A program made the translations under genes and the position numbers. A DNA stretch of 64,000 bases, taken from contig CAOJZV010000005.1 in NCBI GenBank assembly GCA_948466255.1, positions 1,155 through 65,154 of the forward strand. The letters run 5' to 3'. Each line of letters begins with the position of its first letter. Position 1 is the first letter of the stretch. Source of the stretch: an uncultured Bacillota bacterium (GTDB lineage: Bacteria > Bacillota_I > Bacilli_A > RF39 > UBA660). The notes beneath the pieces are model-generated. The model was not told where the DNA came from, ran no database searches, and saw only the letters and a program-made list of their open reading frames with translations. Below are positions 10,014 to 20,216 of this stretch, piece after piece.

Positions 10014-10454
10014 TTAACTCTCAATTACTTTATATTTAACTTTAGATAAATCTATTTTTACTGATGCAGTTATTGTTCTTGTTTCTCCTGCTTTCATAGG
10101 ATTCCCAATATAACCATGTAAAACAACTATAGAATTACCATTTTTATCTTTCAAATTAATATTTACTTTTTCAATATTAATTTCTTCTTGTGTTGGATTA
10201 GTTACATCCATCGATAAAGTATATTGTTTACCATCTTTAATCAAAGTAGTATTAGTAAAATTTAAGTTGCCAAATGTTTCGTCTTTTATAATACCTTGTT
10301 CTGTAATAGCTTCTTTATAATCAGTTTTTACCTTTTTTGTAGAAGTTTTATTATTATCTTTTATAATAAATAGTACTACAACTACAAAAACTAATATACT
10401 TATTATTAATAAACTTAATATGATTTTCTTATTTTTTAATTTTATTATTTTCAT
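10014..10454 (-). CDS. hypothetical membrane-anchored protein, co-transcribed downstream of the 817-aa surface protein
   Basis: 146 aa; single N-terminal TM helix; RBS GAGGAGAA 7 nt before the ATG; no recognisable motifs. Confidence 0.5.
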   Translation of the reverse strand: MKIIKLKNKKIILSLLIISILVFVVVVLFIIKDNNKTSTKKVKTDYKEAITEQGIIKDETFGNLNFTNTTLIKDGKQYTLSMDVTNPTQEEINIEKVNINLKDKNGNSIVVLHGYIGNPMKAGETRTITASVKIDLSKVKYKVIES

Positions 10455-10586
10455 AAATGTTCTCCTCGTATAATATTATATTGCTTATATTAGGCAAGGG
10501 ATAAAAGTATAACATTATTACCTATATTTAAAATATTCAATTTGTGATTATATTAAGTGTTTCTATAACAAATATCCATTTTAATT

Positions 10587-13040
10587 TTAGCTTCTATTTG
10601 TATAATTATATGTTTTTCCAGTTAATTTAACATAATCTACATCGCAAAGAAGATATTGATAGTTTGAAAGCAACTGTACCCCAATATAATAATTACCAGT
10701 AAGCTTTGAAATATCTAGCTCAAGGGCAGGATTACTGCCTCCAGCAGGTATTGTTTTGGAAGTGTAGTTTCCTTTTTCGTGTACCCATGATGAACGTGAC
10801 GAAACAACCCCCAACATAAGATAAGCTTCCCGTACCCCCTCATGACAATAATGATAGGTAGATATTTTACTATAATCATCTAATGAGTAGCTGCTTGTAC
10901 TTGTTATTTGACCTCTGGCGTTATCTGTTGTCATAGGCTCAAAAAAATAATAATAAAGATTCTCATTGTAATTAATATCCATCCTTGCTCCATCGAACAA
11001 ATTCCCGCTAAATTTGCCGGCACCACTAATTTTATATAATTCAAATATAGTTAAATCATCCTTTTTCCATGTAGGATAAACTGTGGCCTGACTGCAACCT
11101 GTATTTGAAACTTTAAATGACTTAGTACTACTATTTATTGTTTGGCTTGTTGAATTATTACATACTATTGTAGCCCCTTGATAAGTAAACCCACTACTTG
11201 GGGTTGCTGTAAAAGTTATTGTTTCAGTATAAGATGCTAATGTCTTTGATAAACTAATGCTTCCTCCTCTTACTGTTCCTGCTGATAATCCATATTTTAT
11301 AGTTGGTGTATAACTACTACTTACTGTATTTTTTCCATCACTTACTGTTCCAGATAATGTTCCTGAAGCAGTAAATAATACATTTACGGTTGTACTTGTT
11401 ACATTTACTGCTGTTCCACTATCTTTTTTATATGTACATGTATATGTACTTCCACATCCTGATGGATATGTTATTGTTACTGTACTTTTACCTGCTTCTT
11501 GTGTTTCTTTATAAGTTGGTACTGCTATTGCATTTGGCTGTACTGATGTACTTGCTGATGTTGTTGTTTTTCCTATACCTGATGTTACTCTTACCTGTAT
11601 TGGATATGACTTTGTATTATCTAAGTTGTTAAAAGTATATGTCTTATTTGTTCCGTTATTTACCCATGTATTTCCGCCATCATTACTAAACTCATATTTT
11701 GTTATTCCACTTGTTGCGGATGCTGTTGCGACTACAGTTATTGACTTTGTTGTTTTTGATGTAGCAACTGATAATGTTGGAGCGTTTTTATCTATCTTTA
11801 CTTGGGTTGTCGATTCGTTTGATATATTTCCTTCTTTATCTATAGCTCTAAATCTAATTGTTTCATTTCTATTAACAGTATAAGTTATTGTTGTTTGTTC
11901 ATTTGATGTTGTTAGAGCTCTAGTTGTCCAAGCATCATTTTCATACCACTCATATCTATCTATTCCACTTCCTTCATCGGTTGATTCTAAGGTTATTATT
12001 ACATCATTAGATGTCCAATCACCATTTGAACTATTTGTTATTGTTGGTGCTGATGGTTTTATATCATCTACAGCTTTGGCAGTTAACGTTATATTTTGAT
12101 TTATGTTTATTTTATCTCCTGCATTTCCTACTTTTGTTTCACCATTATACCAGCCTTGTATTGTATAGCCAGGTGCTGTTATAGATGGTAATGTTAATTC
12201 ACAGTTTGTATCATTATTATATAAATAACATGTTTCATTTTCTTTTCCAATACTGCTTATTCCATTATCTTTTGTATAACTTACTGATAAGCCTTTTCTA
12301 AATATGGCATATAGTGTTGTATTTTGTGATGGCATATTTAATGTTTCTAATCCTTCTTTAGCATCTTTATTTGTATTCCAACCTACAAATTCATATCCTT
12401 CTTTATCAGCTGTTTCACTTAAATCTATACTTTCATTTTCTGGTGAATAATAACTTTCATTTGGTCCATATGTCCCACCATTTGTTTGATAGTCAAATGT
12501 TAATAAATAATCATTTGTTGGAACTATTGTTCCTCCTTCTGCTTGAGCATAATTTAAATCTATACTTGTTTCTGCACTTCCTTCAGTTATAGTTCCTGTA
12601 AATTCTGGATTATATTCTATTTTTACTTTTATTATTTGTTCATTTCCCTTTAATAGTTTTTCTCCCTTGGTATATCCTGATATAGTTATTAATAGAGCTT
12701 CATTTTGGGTTTTTATATTTTTATTTATATTATCTAATTTTGCATCTATTGTTCCATTATTTTTAACTGTTACATTGTATTCTATAGAATCGCCTTTTTG
12801 ATATAGATTTGCTTCCATATAAGCTGTTAAATCTGTCCATATTGGGGCTTTTGCTTCTTCTGCATCTCCTGTTTGATTTGCTTTTGTTACATTTATTATT
12901 TTTATATCCCAATTACTTGTTATACTTGTTGTCCCATTTATTTTTAGAATACTTTGAAAAGTGGCATATCCTACTGACATAATTAATAATAAACCACATA
13001 AAATTCCGATGATTACTGTATTTTTTCTTCTTTCTCTCAT
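10587..13040 (-). CDS. large secreted/surface protein with TasA/camelysin-like (SipW-cognate-like) signal, Listeria-Bacteroides-type repeats and Ig-like domains
   Basis: likely start at MRERRKN (GGAGAA RBS); basic N-terminus, hydrophobic helix, then VGYATFQS (compare TasA GGGTWAAFND, CalY GGGTFAYFSD); two GY(E/T)FxGW repeat motifs; S/T/N-rich Ig-like repeats; no LPXTG. Confidence 0.55.
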   Translation of the reverse strand: MRERRKNTVIIGILCGLLLIMSVGYATFQSILKINGTTSITSNWDIKIINVTKANQTGDAEEAKAPIWTDLTAYMEANLYQKGDSIEYNVTVKNNGTIDAKLDNINKNIKTQNEALLITISGYTKGEKLLKGNEQIIKVKIEYNPEFTGTITEGSAETSIDLNYAQAEGGTIVPTNDYLLTFDYQTNGGTYGPNESYYSPENESIDLSETADKEGYEFVGWNTNKDAKEGLETLNMPSQNTTLYAIFRKGLSVSYTKDNGISSIGKENETCYLYNNDTNCELTLPSITAPGYTIQGWYNGETKVGNAGDKININQNITLTAKAVDDIKPSAPTITNSSNGDWTSNDVIITLESTDEGSGIDRYEWYENDAWTTRALTTSNEQTTITYTVNRNETIRFRAIDKEGNISNESTTQVKIDKNAPTLSVATSKTTKSITVVATASATSGITKYEFSNDGGNTWVNNGTNKTYTFNNLDNTKSYPIQVRVTSGIGKTTTSASTSVQPNAIAVPTYKETQEAGKSTVTITYPSGCGSTYTCTYKKDSGTAVNVTSTTVNVLFTASGTLSGTVSDGKNTVSSSYTPTIKYGLSAGTVRGGSISLSKTLASYTETITFTATPSSGFTYQGATIVCNNSTSQTINSSTKSFKVSNTGCSQATVYPTWKKDDLTIFELYKISGAGKFSGNLFDGARMDINYNENLYYYFFEPMTTDNARGQITSTSSYSLDDYSKISTYHYCHEGVREAYLMLGVVSSRSSWVHEKGNYTSKTIPAGGSNPALELDISKLTGNYYIGVQLLSNYQYLLCDVDYVKLTGKTYNYTNRS

Positions 13041-13115
13041 ATATTTCTCCATTGCTTTTATTTTATAAACTTTAAAATCTGTGATATATTTTGCTAACAT
13101 TACATACACCAAACC

Positions 13116-13141
13116 GGTGTATTATATCACAATAATACACC
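13116..13141. promoter_or_regulatory. candidate operator: perfect inverted repeat GGTGTATTAT-N6-ATAATACACC in the divergent promoter region
   Basis: 10-bp perfect arms lying between the surface-protein gene (start 13040, minus) and the XRE gene (start 13172, plus). Confidence 0.35.
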
Positions 13142-13171
13142 AAATTGGTATATTTGTAAAGAGGTGACACT

Positions 13172-13405
13172 ATGATAGGAAAAGCATTAAGATATATGAG
13201 GAAAACAAAAGGCGAAAAACAAGAAGTCCTCGCAAAAAAGATAAATATTAGCCAACAAAACCTATCAAGATATGAAAGAGAACAAAGAATAGTATCCTTT
13301 GATATAATAGAAAAAATCGCCAACGAATATAACTATGAAATATATTTTATAAATAAAAAAACAAACGATAAATTCACTGTAAAAGAAATACAAAGAAAAG
13401 ACTAA
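13172..13405 (+). CDS. XRE-family HTH transcriptional regulator (SinR-like, short)
   Basis: 77 aa; MIGKALRYMRK ... INISQQNLSRYER HTH_3 pattern; RBS AGAGGTGA; paralog of the gene at 62281-62517. Confidence 0.75.
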   Translation: MIGKALRYMRKTKGEKQEVLAKKINISQQNLSRYEREQRIVSFDIIEKIANEYNYEIYFINKKTNDKFTVKEIQRKD

Positions 13406-14319
13406 GAATTCCCCTTAGTCCTTATTTTTTGCGCAAATTTCTTTATTTTATTAAATCTGTGATATAAACCTGATTTAGTTATTTTATTACCTGTTTCTAT
13501 AGTAATAATTTCACTTAATTCAAGTAGTGAAGCATCAGGATATTTTACTCTATATTCACAAGCAATTCTTTCTTTTTCATCCAACAATTCAAATAAATCA
13601 TTATCTTTTATTAATTCAATATCTTTTATTTGATTGTTTGATGTTTCTATTATTCTATCAACATTAGCTTGTTCACAATTATTTAAACGATTTGTCATGT
13701 TCTTATGATCTCTATAAATTCTAATATCTTCATAATAAAGTACAGCTTTACTTGCTCCAACCATTCGTAAGAAATCCCCTATTTTTTCAGCTTCTTTGAT
13801 ATAAACCATATAATTGTTATCACGGTGTAAAACTTTACTGTTTAAATTATAATCATTTAATAAATTATTTAAATAATATGAATATTTCTCATTATTTAAA
13901 TTAAATTCTAAGTGATACCTAGAGGTTTTGGGATCATTAATACTTCCATTCATTAAAAATACACCTCGTAGATATGCCCTAGAAAGCTCATCGTCAGCTA
14001 AAATAAAATCTTCTGGCTCTTCTTTATCAATACCTAAAGAACTCAAAATCAAATCCATTTTAGACTTAATTTCAAGAATATACATCATTTTTTTGTTATA
14101 ATTATAGCCTTTTCTAACAGTGATTTTTGGATGAACATCATAAATATCTTTAATCAAAGAAAATATTCTTCTAGCCACACTATTGTTTTCTGTAGTTATG
14201 ATAATACCATCATCAATAACTGCACTACTATGTATAATACCAGAAAGTTCAGAAATTTTAATCATTTCATCAACTTCTAATTTACTAAGTTCATCTTTAA
14301 CTATACTAGTAAAAGACAT
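13402..14319 (-). CDS. whiA: DNA-binding protein WhiA
   Basis: 305 aa; MSFTSIVKDELSKL N-terminus; conserved yvcK-whiA linkage. Confidence 0.85.
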   Translation of the reverse strand: MSFTSIVKDELSKLEVDEMIKISELSGIIHSSAVIDDGIIITTENNSVARRIFSLIKDIYDVHPKITVRKGYNYNKKMMYILEIKSKMDLILSSLGIDKEEPEDFILADDELSRAYLRGVFLMNGSINDPKTSRYHLEFNLNNEKYSYYLNNLLNDYNLNSKVLHRDNNYMVYIKEAEKIGDFLRMVGASKAVLYYEDIRIYRDHKNMTNRLNNCEQANVDRIIETSNNQIKDIELIKDNDLFELLDEKERIACEYRVKYPDASLLELSEIITIETGNKITKSGLYHRFNKIKKFAQKIRTKGNS

Positions 14320-14329
14320 ACAATCACCT

Positions 14330-15289
14330 CTAATCTAATAAATAAGATAAAAGATCAATAGAAACTTTTAAAGCATTATGTCTAATTATATTATTTTCAA
14401 TTAAAACATAATTATTTTCAATTACATCTACATCTAATTTTTCAAGATTTTTATAATCTACTTCAACTAAATCTTTTTCTTCGGTAGTTGCATATTTTTG
14501 GATAATTTCAGGTTCGATTTTTCCATTATTAACCACAACTGCATCCACTTTTCTTGTACCTAAAAACTTATTAAGTAATCTAATATGATGGCTTACTAAA
14601 AATTCATCTGTTTCACCTGGTTGAGTCATAACATTACAAATGTATATAATTTTAGCCTTACTTTTTTCAAGTTCTTGTATAACTTCTTTACAAATTAAAT
14701 TAGGAATAATACTAGTAAATAAACTTCCCATACTTAAAATAATTGCATCAGCTTCTCTAATTGCTTTTAAAACATCTGGATTAACAGTTGGTTTTTCTTT
14801 ATAAAAAACTGATTCAATTCCTTTTTTATATTCAGTAATTTTATGTTCACCTTCTACAATAGTTCCATCTGTCATTCTACCCATTAAAGTAATATTATCT
14901 TCAGTTAATGGAAGGACTTTTCCTCCTAATTTAAGAATTGAATTTACAAGTTCAATTCCATCAGACATATTTCCAGTAATATCTTTAGCTCCTGTAAGCA
15001 ACAAATTTCCAATAGGATGCCCATTTAAATCACTATTAGTATCAAAACGATATTCTAACAATTTCCCAACACTTTCTTCATCTTCAGATAGACTAATAAG
15101 TACTTTACGAATATCTCCCACGGCAAGCATATTAAACTCTTCTCTTAATCTTCCGGTACTTTTCCCATCATCACTAACTGTAACAACAGCCGAAATATCA
15201 AAAGGTACTTTTTTTAAACCTTTTAATAATATACTCATTCCTGTTCCACCGCCTAAAACGGCTACTTTTATTTTTTCCACTCTATTCAC
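14330..15289 (-). CDS. yvcK: gluconeogenesis factor / UPF0052 YvcK (CofD-like)
   Basis: KVAVLGGGTGMSILLKGLK N-terminal motif; 319 aa. Confidence 0.85.
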   Translation of the reverse strand: MNRVEKIKVAVLGGGTGMSILLKGLKKVPFDISAVVTVSDDGKSTGRLREEFNMLAVGDIRKVLISLSEDEESVGKLLEYRFDTNSDLNGHPIGNLLLTGAKDITGNMSDGIELVNSILKLGGKVLPLTEDNITLMGRMTDGTIVEGEHKITEYKKGIESVFYKEKPTVNPDVLKAIREADAIILSMGSLFTSIIPNLICKEVIQELEKSKAKIIYICNVMTQPGETDEFLVSHHIRLLNKFLGTRKVDAVVVNNGKIEPEIIQKYATTEEKDLVEVDYKNLEKLDVDVIENNYVLIENNIIRHNALKVSIDLLSYLLD

Positions 15290-16154
15290 CTGCTTTTATA
15301 CTTAGTGCTGCTACAGCACCATCACTTGCAGCCGTAATAATTTGATAATAATCCTTTTGGATTACATCACCACAAGCATAAATGTTTTGTTCGGAAGTCT
15401 CCATATGTTGATTAACAACAATATATCCATTATTCTTTTCTACATTAGATATAAAATCTGTTTGAGGTTTTCCTCCTATTGCAACAAATAGTCCCTCTAT
15501 ATCTATTTGTTTTCCATCTTTTAAAATTACCCCACATAATTTATTATCTTTAGAAAGTAATTCACTTAATTCACAACCTTTTAAAATTGTAATATTTTCA
15601 CAATTACTAACTTTCTGTACAAGCTCACTATGAGCCCTTATTTCAGATCTAACAAAAATATAAATTTGTTTACATAAATCTGATAAATATAAAGCATTAG
15701 TTAAAGCCGAATCTCCGCCACCAACAACTCCAACAACTTTATTTTTATACAAAGTTCCATCACAAGTAGCACAATAACTAATTCCACTTATCGAATTTTC
15801 ACCATTAAGTCCTAATTTTAAAGGAGTCCTTCCAGTAGCAATAATTATATTTTTACACTTAAATTCTTTGTTATTTAATTTAACAATATAATAACCGTTT
15901 CTATTAATAGATGTTACTTCACCAAATTCAAAAGGAACTTCACTTTTTTTTACATGATTAAACATAGCTAAAGCAAGTTCTGCTCCATTAATATTGGGAA
16001 AACCTAAATAATTATCCACCATATGAGTTTTTAACATTTGCCCGCCAGGAGCATCCTTATCAATTAACAAAACAGAAAGACCCGCTCTTTTTAAATACAA
16101 AGAGGCTGATAACCCAGCTGGTCCAGCACCAATAACAATAGTATTATAATCCAT
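15282..16154 (-). CDS. trxB: thioredoxin-disulfide reductase-like FAD/NAD(P) oxidoreductase
   Basis: IVIGAGPAGLSASLYL FAD-binding motif; CATCDG redox-active disulfide; trxB-yvcK-whiA synteny as in Bacillus. Confidence 0.75.
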   Translation of the reverse strand: MDYNTIVIGAGPAGLSASLYLKRAGLSVLLIDKDAPGGQMLKTHMVDNYLGFPNINGAELALAMFNHVKKSEVPFEFGEVTSINRNGYYIVKLNNKEFKCKNIIIATGRTPLKLGLNGENSISGISYCATCDGTLYKNKVVGVVGGGDSALTNALYLSDLCKQIYIFVRSEIRAHSELVQKVSNCENITILKGCELSELLSKDNKLCGVILKDGKQIDIEGLFVAIGGKPQTDFISNVEKNNGYIVVNQHMETSEQNIYACGDVIQKDYYQIITAASDGAVAALSIKAGE

Positions 16155-16938
16155 CTGTCATAACCTCCTTATAATTCTTACTTTTTTTCGTGCAAATTAT
16201 AAATAAAATAATTCCGCTTATAATCATAAATAAAGATACCAATTGAGCCACTTTTAAACTAAAGAACATTAAACTATCAGTACGAAGTCCTTCAATAAAA
16301 AATCTACCAATTCCATACCATATTAGATATAAACTAGTAATCATTCCAATTTTATTCTTTTTCCATCTTCTAAAAAGTAATAACAAGATAAATCCTAATA
16401 AGCACCATAAAGATTCAAAGAAAAATGTTGGAATATAATAAGTTCCGCCAATATTCATTCCGTTTATTATAAATTCTGGTAAATGTAAATCTTGCAAATA
16501 AGCTAATGTTGTTTCAGGACCGTGAGCTTCTCCATTAAAAAAATTACCCCATCTTCCAATAGCTTGACCTATAATAAGTCCCACAACAATAAAATCAAGA
16601 ATCAATAAAATATTTATATCTTTCTTTTTTAGATAAATTACTATAAAAATTAAAGTAAATATTATCCCACCATGAATTGCCAGTCCACCATTCCAAATAG
16701 CAAAAATTTCTAAAGGATGTAAGCTATAATAATCAAGATTAAATAAAACAAAATATAATCTAGCCCCAACAATTCCAATTAATATTGCCATAAATAATAA
16801 ATTTACTATAAAATCTTCGTCGAAACCAAATTTTTTAGCTTCTTTTATAACTAATCCACCACCAACAATAACAGCCAAAAATATAAACAAAGAATAATAA
16901 TGGATACTTATAAAACCTAAATCAATCGTTGGATTCAT
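16144..16938 (-). CDS. lgt: prolipoprotein diacylglyceryl transferase
   Basis: GRWGNFFNGEAHG Lgt signature; polytopic membrane protein. Confidence 0.85.
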   Translation of the reverse strand: MNPTIDLGFISIHYYSLFIFLAVIVGGGLVIKEAKKFGFDEDFIVNLLFMAILIGIVGARLYFVLFNLDYYSLHPLEIFAIWNGGLAIHGGIIFTLIFIVIYLKKKDINILLILDFIVVGLIIGQAIGRWGNFFNGEAHGPETTLAYLQDLHLPEFIINGMNIGGTYYIPTFFFESLWCLLGFILLLLFRRWKKNKIGMITSLYLIWYGIGRFFIEGLRTDSLMFFSLKVAQLVSLFMIISGIILFIICTKKSKNYKEVMTDGL

Positions 16939-17356
16939 TTGATTTGCCCCTTCCTTTTATTGGCTCAAGAATAAATGTATCCATAAGAATATTTAATATT
17001 GAGATTAAAATTGCCGCGCATACAGCAAACCAAATTCCATATATTTGAAAATGTGGATATAAAATCACACTAACAATTTTTAAAATAATTAAATTAATAA
17101 ATGGATAAAATAATCCTAAAGTAATACCAGTAATTGGAATAGTTAACCAAATAAGTAGTGGTTTAATAGTTTTATTAAACAAATAAATTATAATAGCTGC
17201 CACTAAACTCCATAAACCATAATAAGCATTATCAATATATAAAGTATCATTAAAAATAAGTGAAGTTATTATTAAAATAACTGCATAACCAATCATACTA
17301 AAAATCCAACTAAATATTTGATGTATTGTCTGTTTTGAAATTAGTTTATTTTGCAC
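16922..17356 (-). CDS. small 4-TM membrane protein (YvlD/phage-holin-4-like)
   Basis: about 144 aa, four predicted TM helices; likely GTG start with GGGTGA RBS; overlaps the lgt start (operon). Confidence 0.4.
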   Translation of the reverse strand: MQNKLISKQTIHQIFSWIFSMIGYAVILIITSLIFNDTLYIDNAYYGLWSLVAAIIIYLFNKTIKPLLIWLTIPITGITLGLFYPFINLIILKIVSVILYPHFQIYGIWFAVCAAILISILNILMDTFILEPIKGRGKSNESND

Positions 17357-17473
17357 ATTGTTCACCCGTTTCTATATAAAATTTCTTCTTATAAAATTAT
17401 ATCACATTTCAGTTATATTTTTCTCTTTTTATATTAAGAAAAAGAAAAAAGCAAGAATACACCTGCTTAATTA

Positions 17474-18114
17474 TTATCTAGTTCCAAATGTTTTTTGGTT
17501 TCCTTTTTTATGTTTATATTCTATATCTAAAACTTTATCTTTTTCAATTAAACTATAAACAGCTTGTTCCAATAAAGAACTATTATCTACAACTTTTGCT
17601 GAAAAAATGTTATCTAAACTAAAACGACAAACTATATCTTCGATATCTTTATCTACCACCATATAACCTAAAGCATCATCTTCAAACGCTGGAGAAAAAG
17701 AACAATGTTCTAATAAAGCTTTCCCATCAGCTTGCATATCTTCTACACTGTCAAATATAAATAATCGCCTATAGCTAAGAAAATCTTCATCATTTGCAAA
17801 ATTGATATCTAAATCACTACCAAAAAATCCCATTTTATCATCAAACTCTTCTAAAGAGATATGTTCAGAATGAAACATTGAACAAAGTTTAAAATCAATT
17901 AAAGTTATATCAGATTCAGTTATTTCTTTTAGTTCATCTAATAAATCTCCTAATCTTATTTTTACAGATTCAATCTGTTCCAATTCAAATTGTTTTTTAT
18001 AACATTCTTCAAGTTCTTGGCAAATATCTTTTAATTCGTTTCTTAAGGCTGTTTTTTATCACTAAGACTTGCAATAGTCTTATCTAATTTTTTTCTAGTA
18101 AAATAATTACTCAT
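17474..18114 (-). pseudogene. acidic hypothetical protein, apparently interrupted by a -1 frame change at an A6 homopolymer (T-run at 18052-18057)
   Basis: ATG at 18114 with strong RBS AAAAAGGAGAG opens a 23-codon ORF that stops at 18043. The downstream 169-aa ORF (17474-17983) has only a TTG start and no RBS. Both are joined in frame if the run is A7. Confidence 0.5.
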
Positions 18115-18175
18115 AGGTATCTCTCCTTTTTAATGTAGTATATTATATAGTATTTTTTCTAAATTTACAATCTTT

Positions 18176-20125
18176 TTATTCACTTTTTAATTCAAATAAA
18201 ATATCTCGTAATTCCATAGCCCTTTCAAAATCAAGATTTTTAGCTGCTTCCTTCATTTCATTTTCAATATTAATCATTAACTTAGCTTTTTCAGATTTAC
18301 TTAATTTTTGAGGTTTGTCCTCCTTAACTTCTTCATTGTTAGAAATTAAATCCCTAATCTCTTTAACAATAGTTTTAGGTACTATACCATGTTCTTTATT
18401 ATATGCATCTTGAATACTTCTTCTTCTTTCAGTTTCTTTAATAGCCTTATCCATCGCATCACTGACATAATCTGCATACATGATAACTCTACCTTCAGCG
18501 TTTCTAGCTGCTCTACCAATAGTTTGAATAAGACTTCTTTCACTACGTAAAAAGCCCTGTTTATCTGCATCCATAATCGCAATTAAACTAACTTCAGGAA
18601 TATCAATACCTTCTCTAAGTAGATTTATTCCTACAACTACATCATATTTACCAAGTCTTAAATCACGAATAATTTTAGTTCTTTCCAAAGTTTTAACTTC
18701 ATTGTGTAGATAAGCAACTTTAATATCAATTTTTTTAAGATACTGAGTTAATTCCTCCGCCATTCTAATAGTTAAAGTTGTAATTAAAGTTCTTTCATTT
18801 TTATCTATTTGTTTTCTAATTTGTTCTACTAAATCATCAATTTGATTTTTAATAGGCTTTACTTCTATTAATGGATCTAATAAACCAGTAGGTCTAATAA
18901 TTTGTTCCGTAACTTCATTATTACATTTTTCCATTTCATAATCACCAGGTGTAGCGGAAATATAAATAACATTATCTAATTTTTTTTCAAACTCATCAAA
19001 TTTAAGTGGCCTATTATCCATCGCACTTGGAAGTCTAAAACCATAATCAACTAAAACTCTTTTACGTGCTTGGTCCCCATTATACATAGCTCTTACTTGA
19101 GGTAAAGTAACATGTGATTCATCAACAACAAGTAAAAAATCATCACCGAAGAAATCAATTAATGTTGTAGGTGTTTCCCCAGGACCACGTAAAGCCAAAT
19201 GCCTAGAATAGTTTTCAACACCTCTACAAAAACCAGTTTCTGAAAGCATTTCAATATCATAATTAGTTCTTTCCATTAACCTTTGATATTCAAGCAATTT
19301 ATTATCTTTTTTAAATTTATCAAGCTGTTCATCTAATTCTGTTTTAATATTTTCTATTGCTAACTTTAATTTATCTTCACTTGTAACGAAGTGACTAGCT
19401 GGAAAAATAGTAATAGTTTTTTTATCAGTTAATATAGCGCCCGTTACAATATCAAATTCACTAATTCTATCAATTTCATCGCCAAAAAATTCAATTCTAA
19501 TTCCTTTAGAGTGTTGGTTGACTGGAATAACTTCTAAAACATCGCCACGTACTCTAAAAGTTCCCCTTTTTAAATCAATATTATTTCTTTCATAAAGCAT
19601 TTCAATAAGTTTTTCTAAAACAAAGTCTCTATCTACTGTTTGCCCAGTAGCTAAAGAAAGCATTTTATTACGATATTCTTCAATTTCACCAATACCATAA
19701 ATACAAGAAACTGAAGACACAACAATTACATTTTTATTATTTAATAAAGCCGAAGTCGCATAATGTCTAAGTTCATCAATTTCATCATTAATAGATGCAT
19801 CCTTTTCAATATAAGTATCTGTTTTTGCCACATAAGCTTCAGGTTGGTAATAATCATAATAAGAAACAAAATAACAAACATAATCATCTGGAAATAATTC
19901 TTTAAATTCCGAATATAATTGTCCAGCAAGTGTCTTATTATGAGCAAGCACTAAAGTAGGTTTATTAACTTCTTTTATTACATTAGCAATCGTAAAAGTC
20001 TTACCTGTTCCAGTTGCACCTAATAATACTTGTTGTTTTTTACCTTCTTTAATTCCATTTACTAAACTTTCAATAGCTTTTGGTTGATCTCCGCTAGGTT
20101 TATAATCCGATACTAATTTAAACAT
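18176..20125 (-). CDS. uvrB: excinuclease ABC subunit B
   Basis: 649 aa; GATGTGKT Walker A, helicase motifs, C-terminal UVR motif [11 protein letters not shown]. Confidence 0.95.
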   Translation of the reverse strand: MFKLVSDYKPSGDQPKAIESLVNGIKEGKKQQVLLGATGTGKTFTIANVIKEVNKPTLVLAHNKTLAGQLYSEFKELFPDDYVCYFVSYYDYYQPEAYVAKTDTYIEKDASINDEIDELRHYATSALLNNKNVIVVSSVSCIYGIGEIEEYRNKMLSLATGQTVDRDFVLEKLIEMLYERNNIDLKRGTFRVRGDVLEVIPVNQHSKGIRIEFFGDEIDRISEFDIVTGAILTDKKTITIFPASHFVTSEDKLKLAIENIKTELDEQLDKFKKDNKLLEYQRLMERTNYDIEMLSETGFCRGVENYSRHLALRGPGETPTTLIDFFGDDFLLVVDESHVTLPQVRAMYNGDQARKRVLVDYGFRLPSAMDNRPLKFDEFEKKLDNVIYISATPGDYEMEKCNNEVTEQIIRPTGLLDPLIEVKPIKNQIDDLVEQIRKQIDKNERTLITTLTIRMAEELTQYLKKIDIKVAYLHNEVKTLERTKIIRDLRLGKYDVVVGINLLREGIDIPEVSLIAIMDADKQGFLRSERSLIQTIGRAARNAEGRVIMYADYVSDAMDKAIKETERRRSIQDAYNKEHGIVPKTIVKEIRDLISNNEEVKEDKPQKLSKSEKAKLMINIENEMKEAAKNLDFERAMELRDILFELKSE

Positions 20126-20216
20126 ATTTTACCTTCTTTCAAACCAAAATAATCTATTTATATATTTTACCATTTATATAATATTAAAACAATAAAAAAA
20201 GCTTATAAATAAACTT

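Noticed and set aside
13072-13323. 83-aa minus-strand ORF overlapping the XRE gene and the divergent promoter
   Set aside because: It overlaps the well-supported XRE CDS on the opposite strand and the N-terminal extension of the surface-protein ORF. There is no RBS and the translation looks like an AT-rich artefact.
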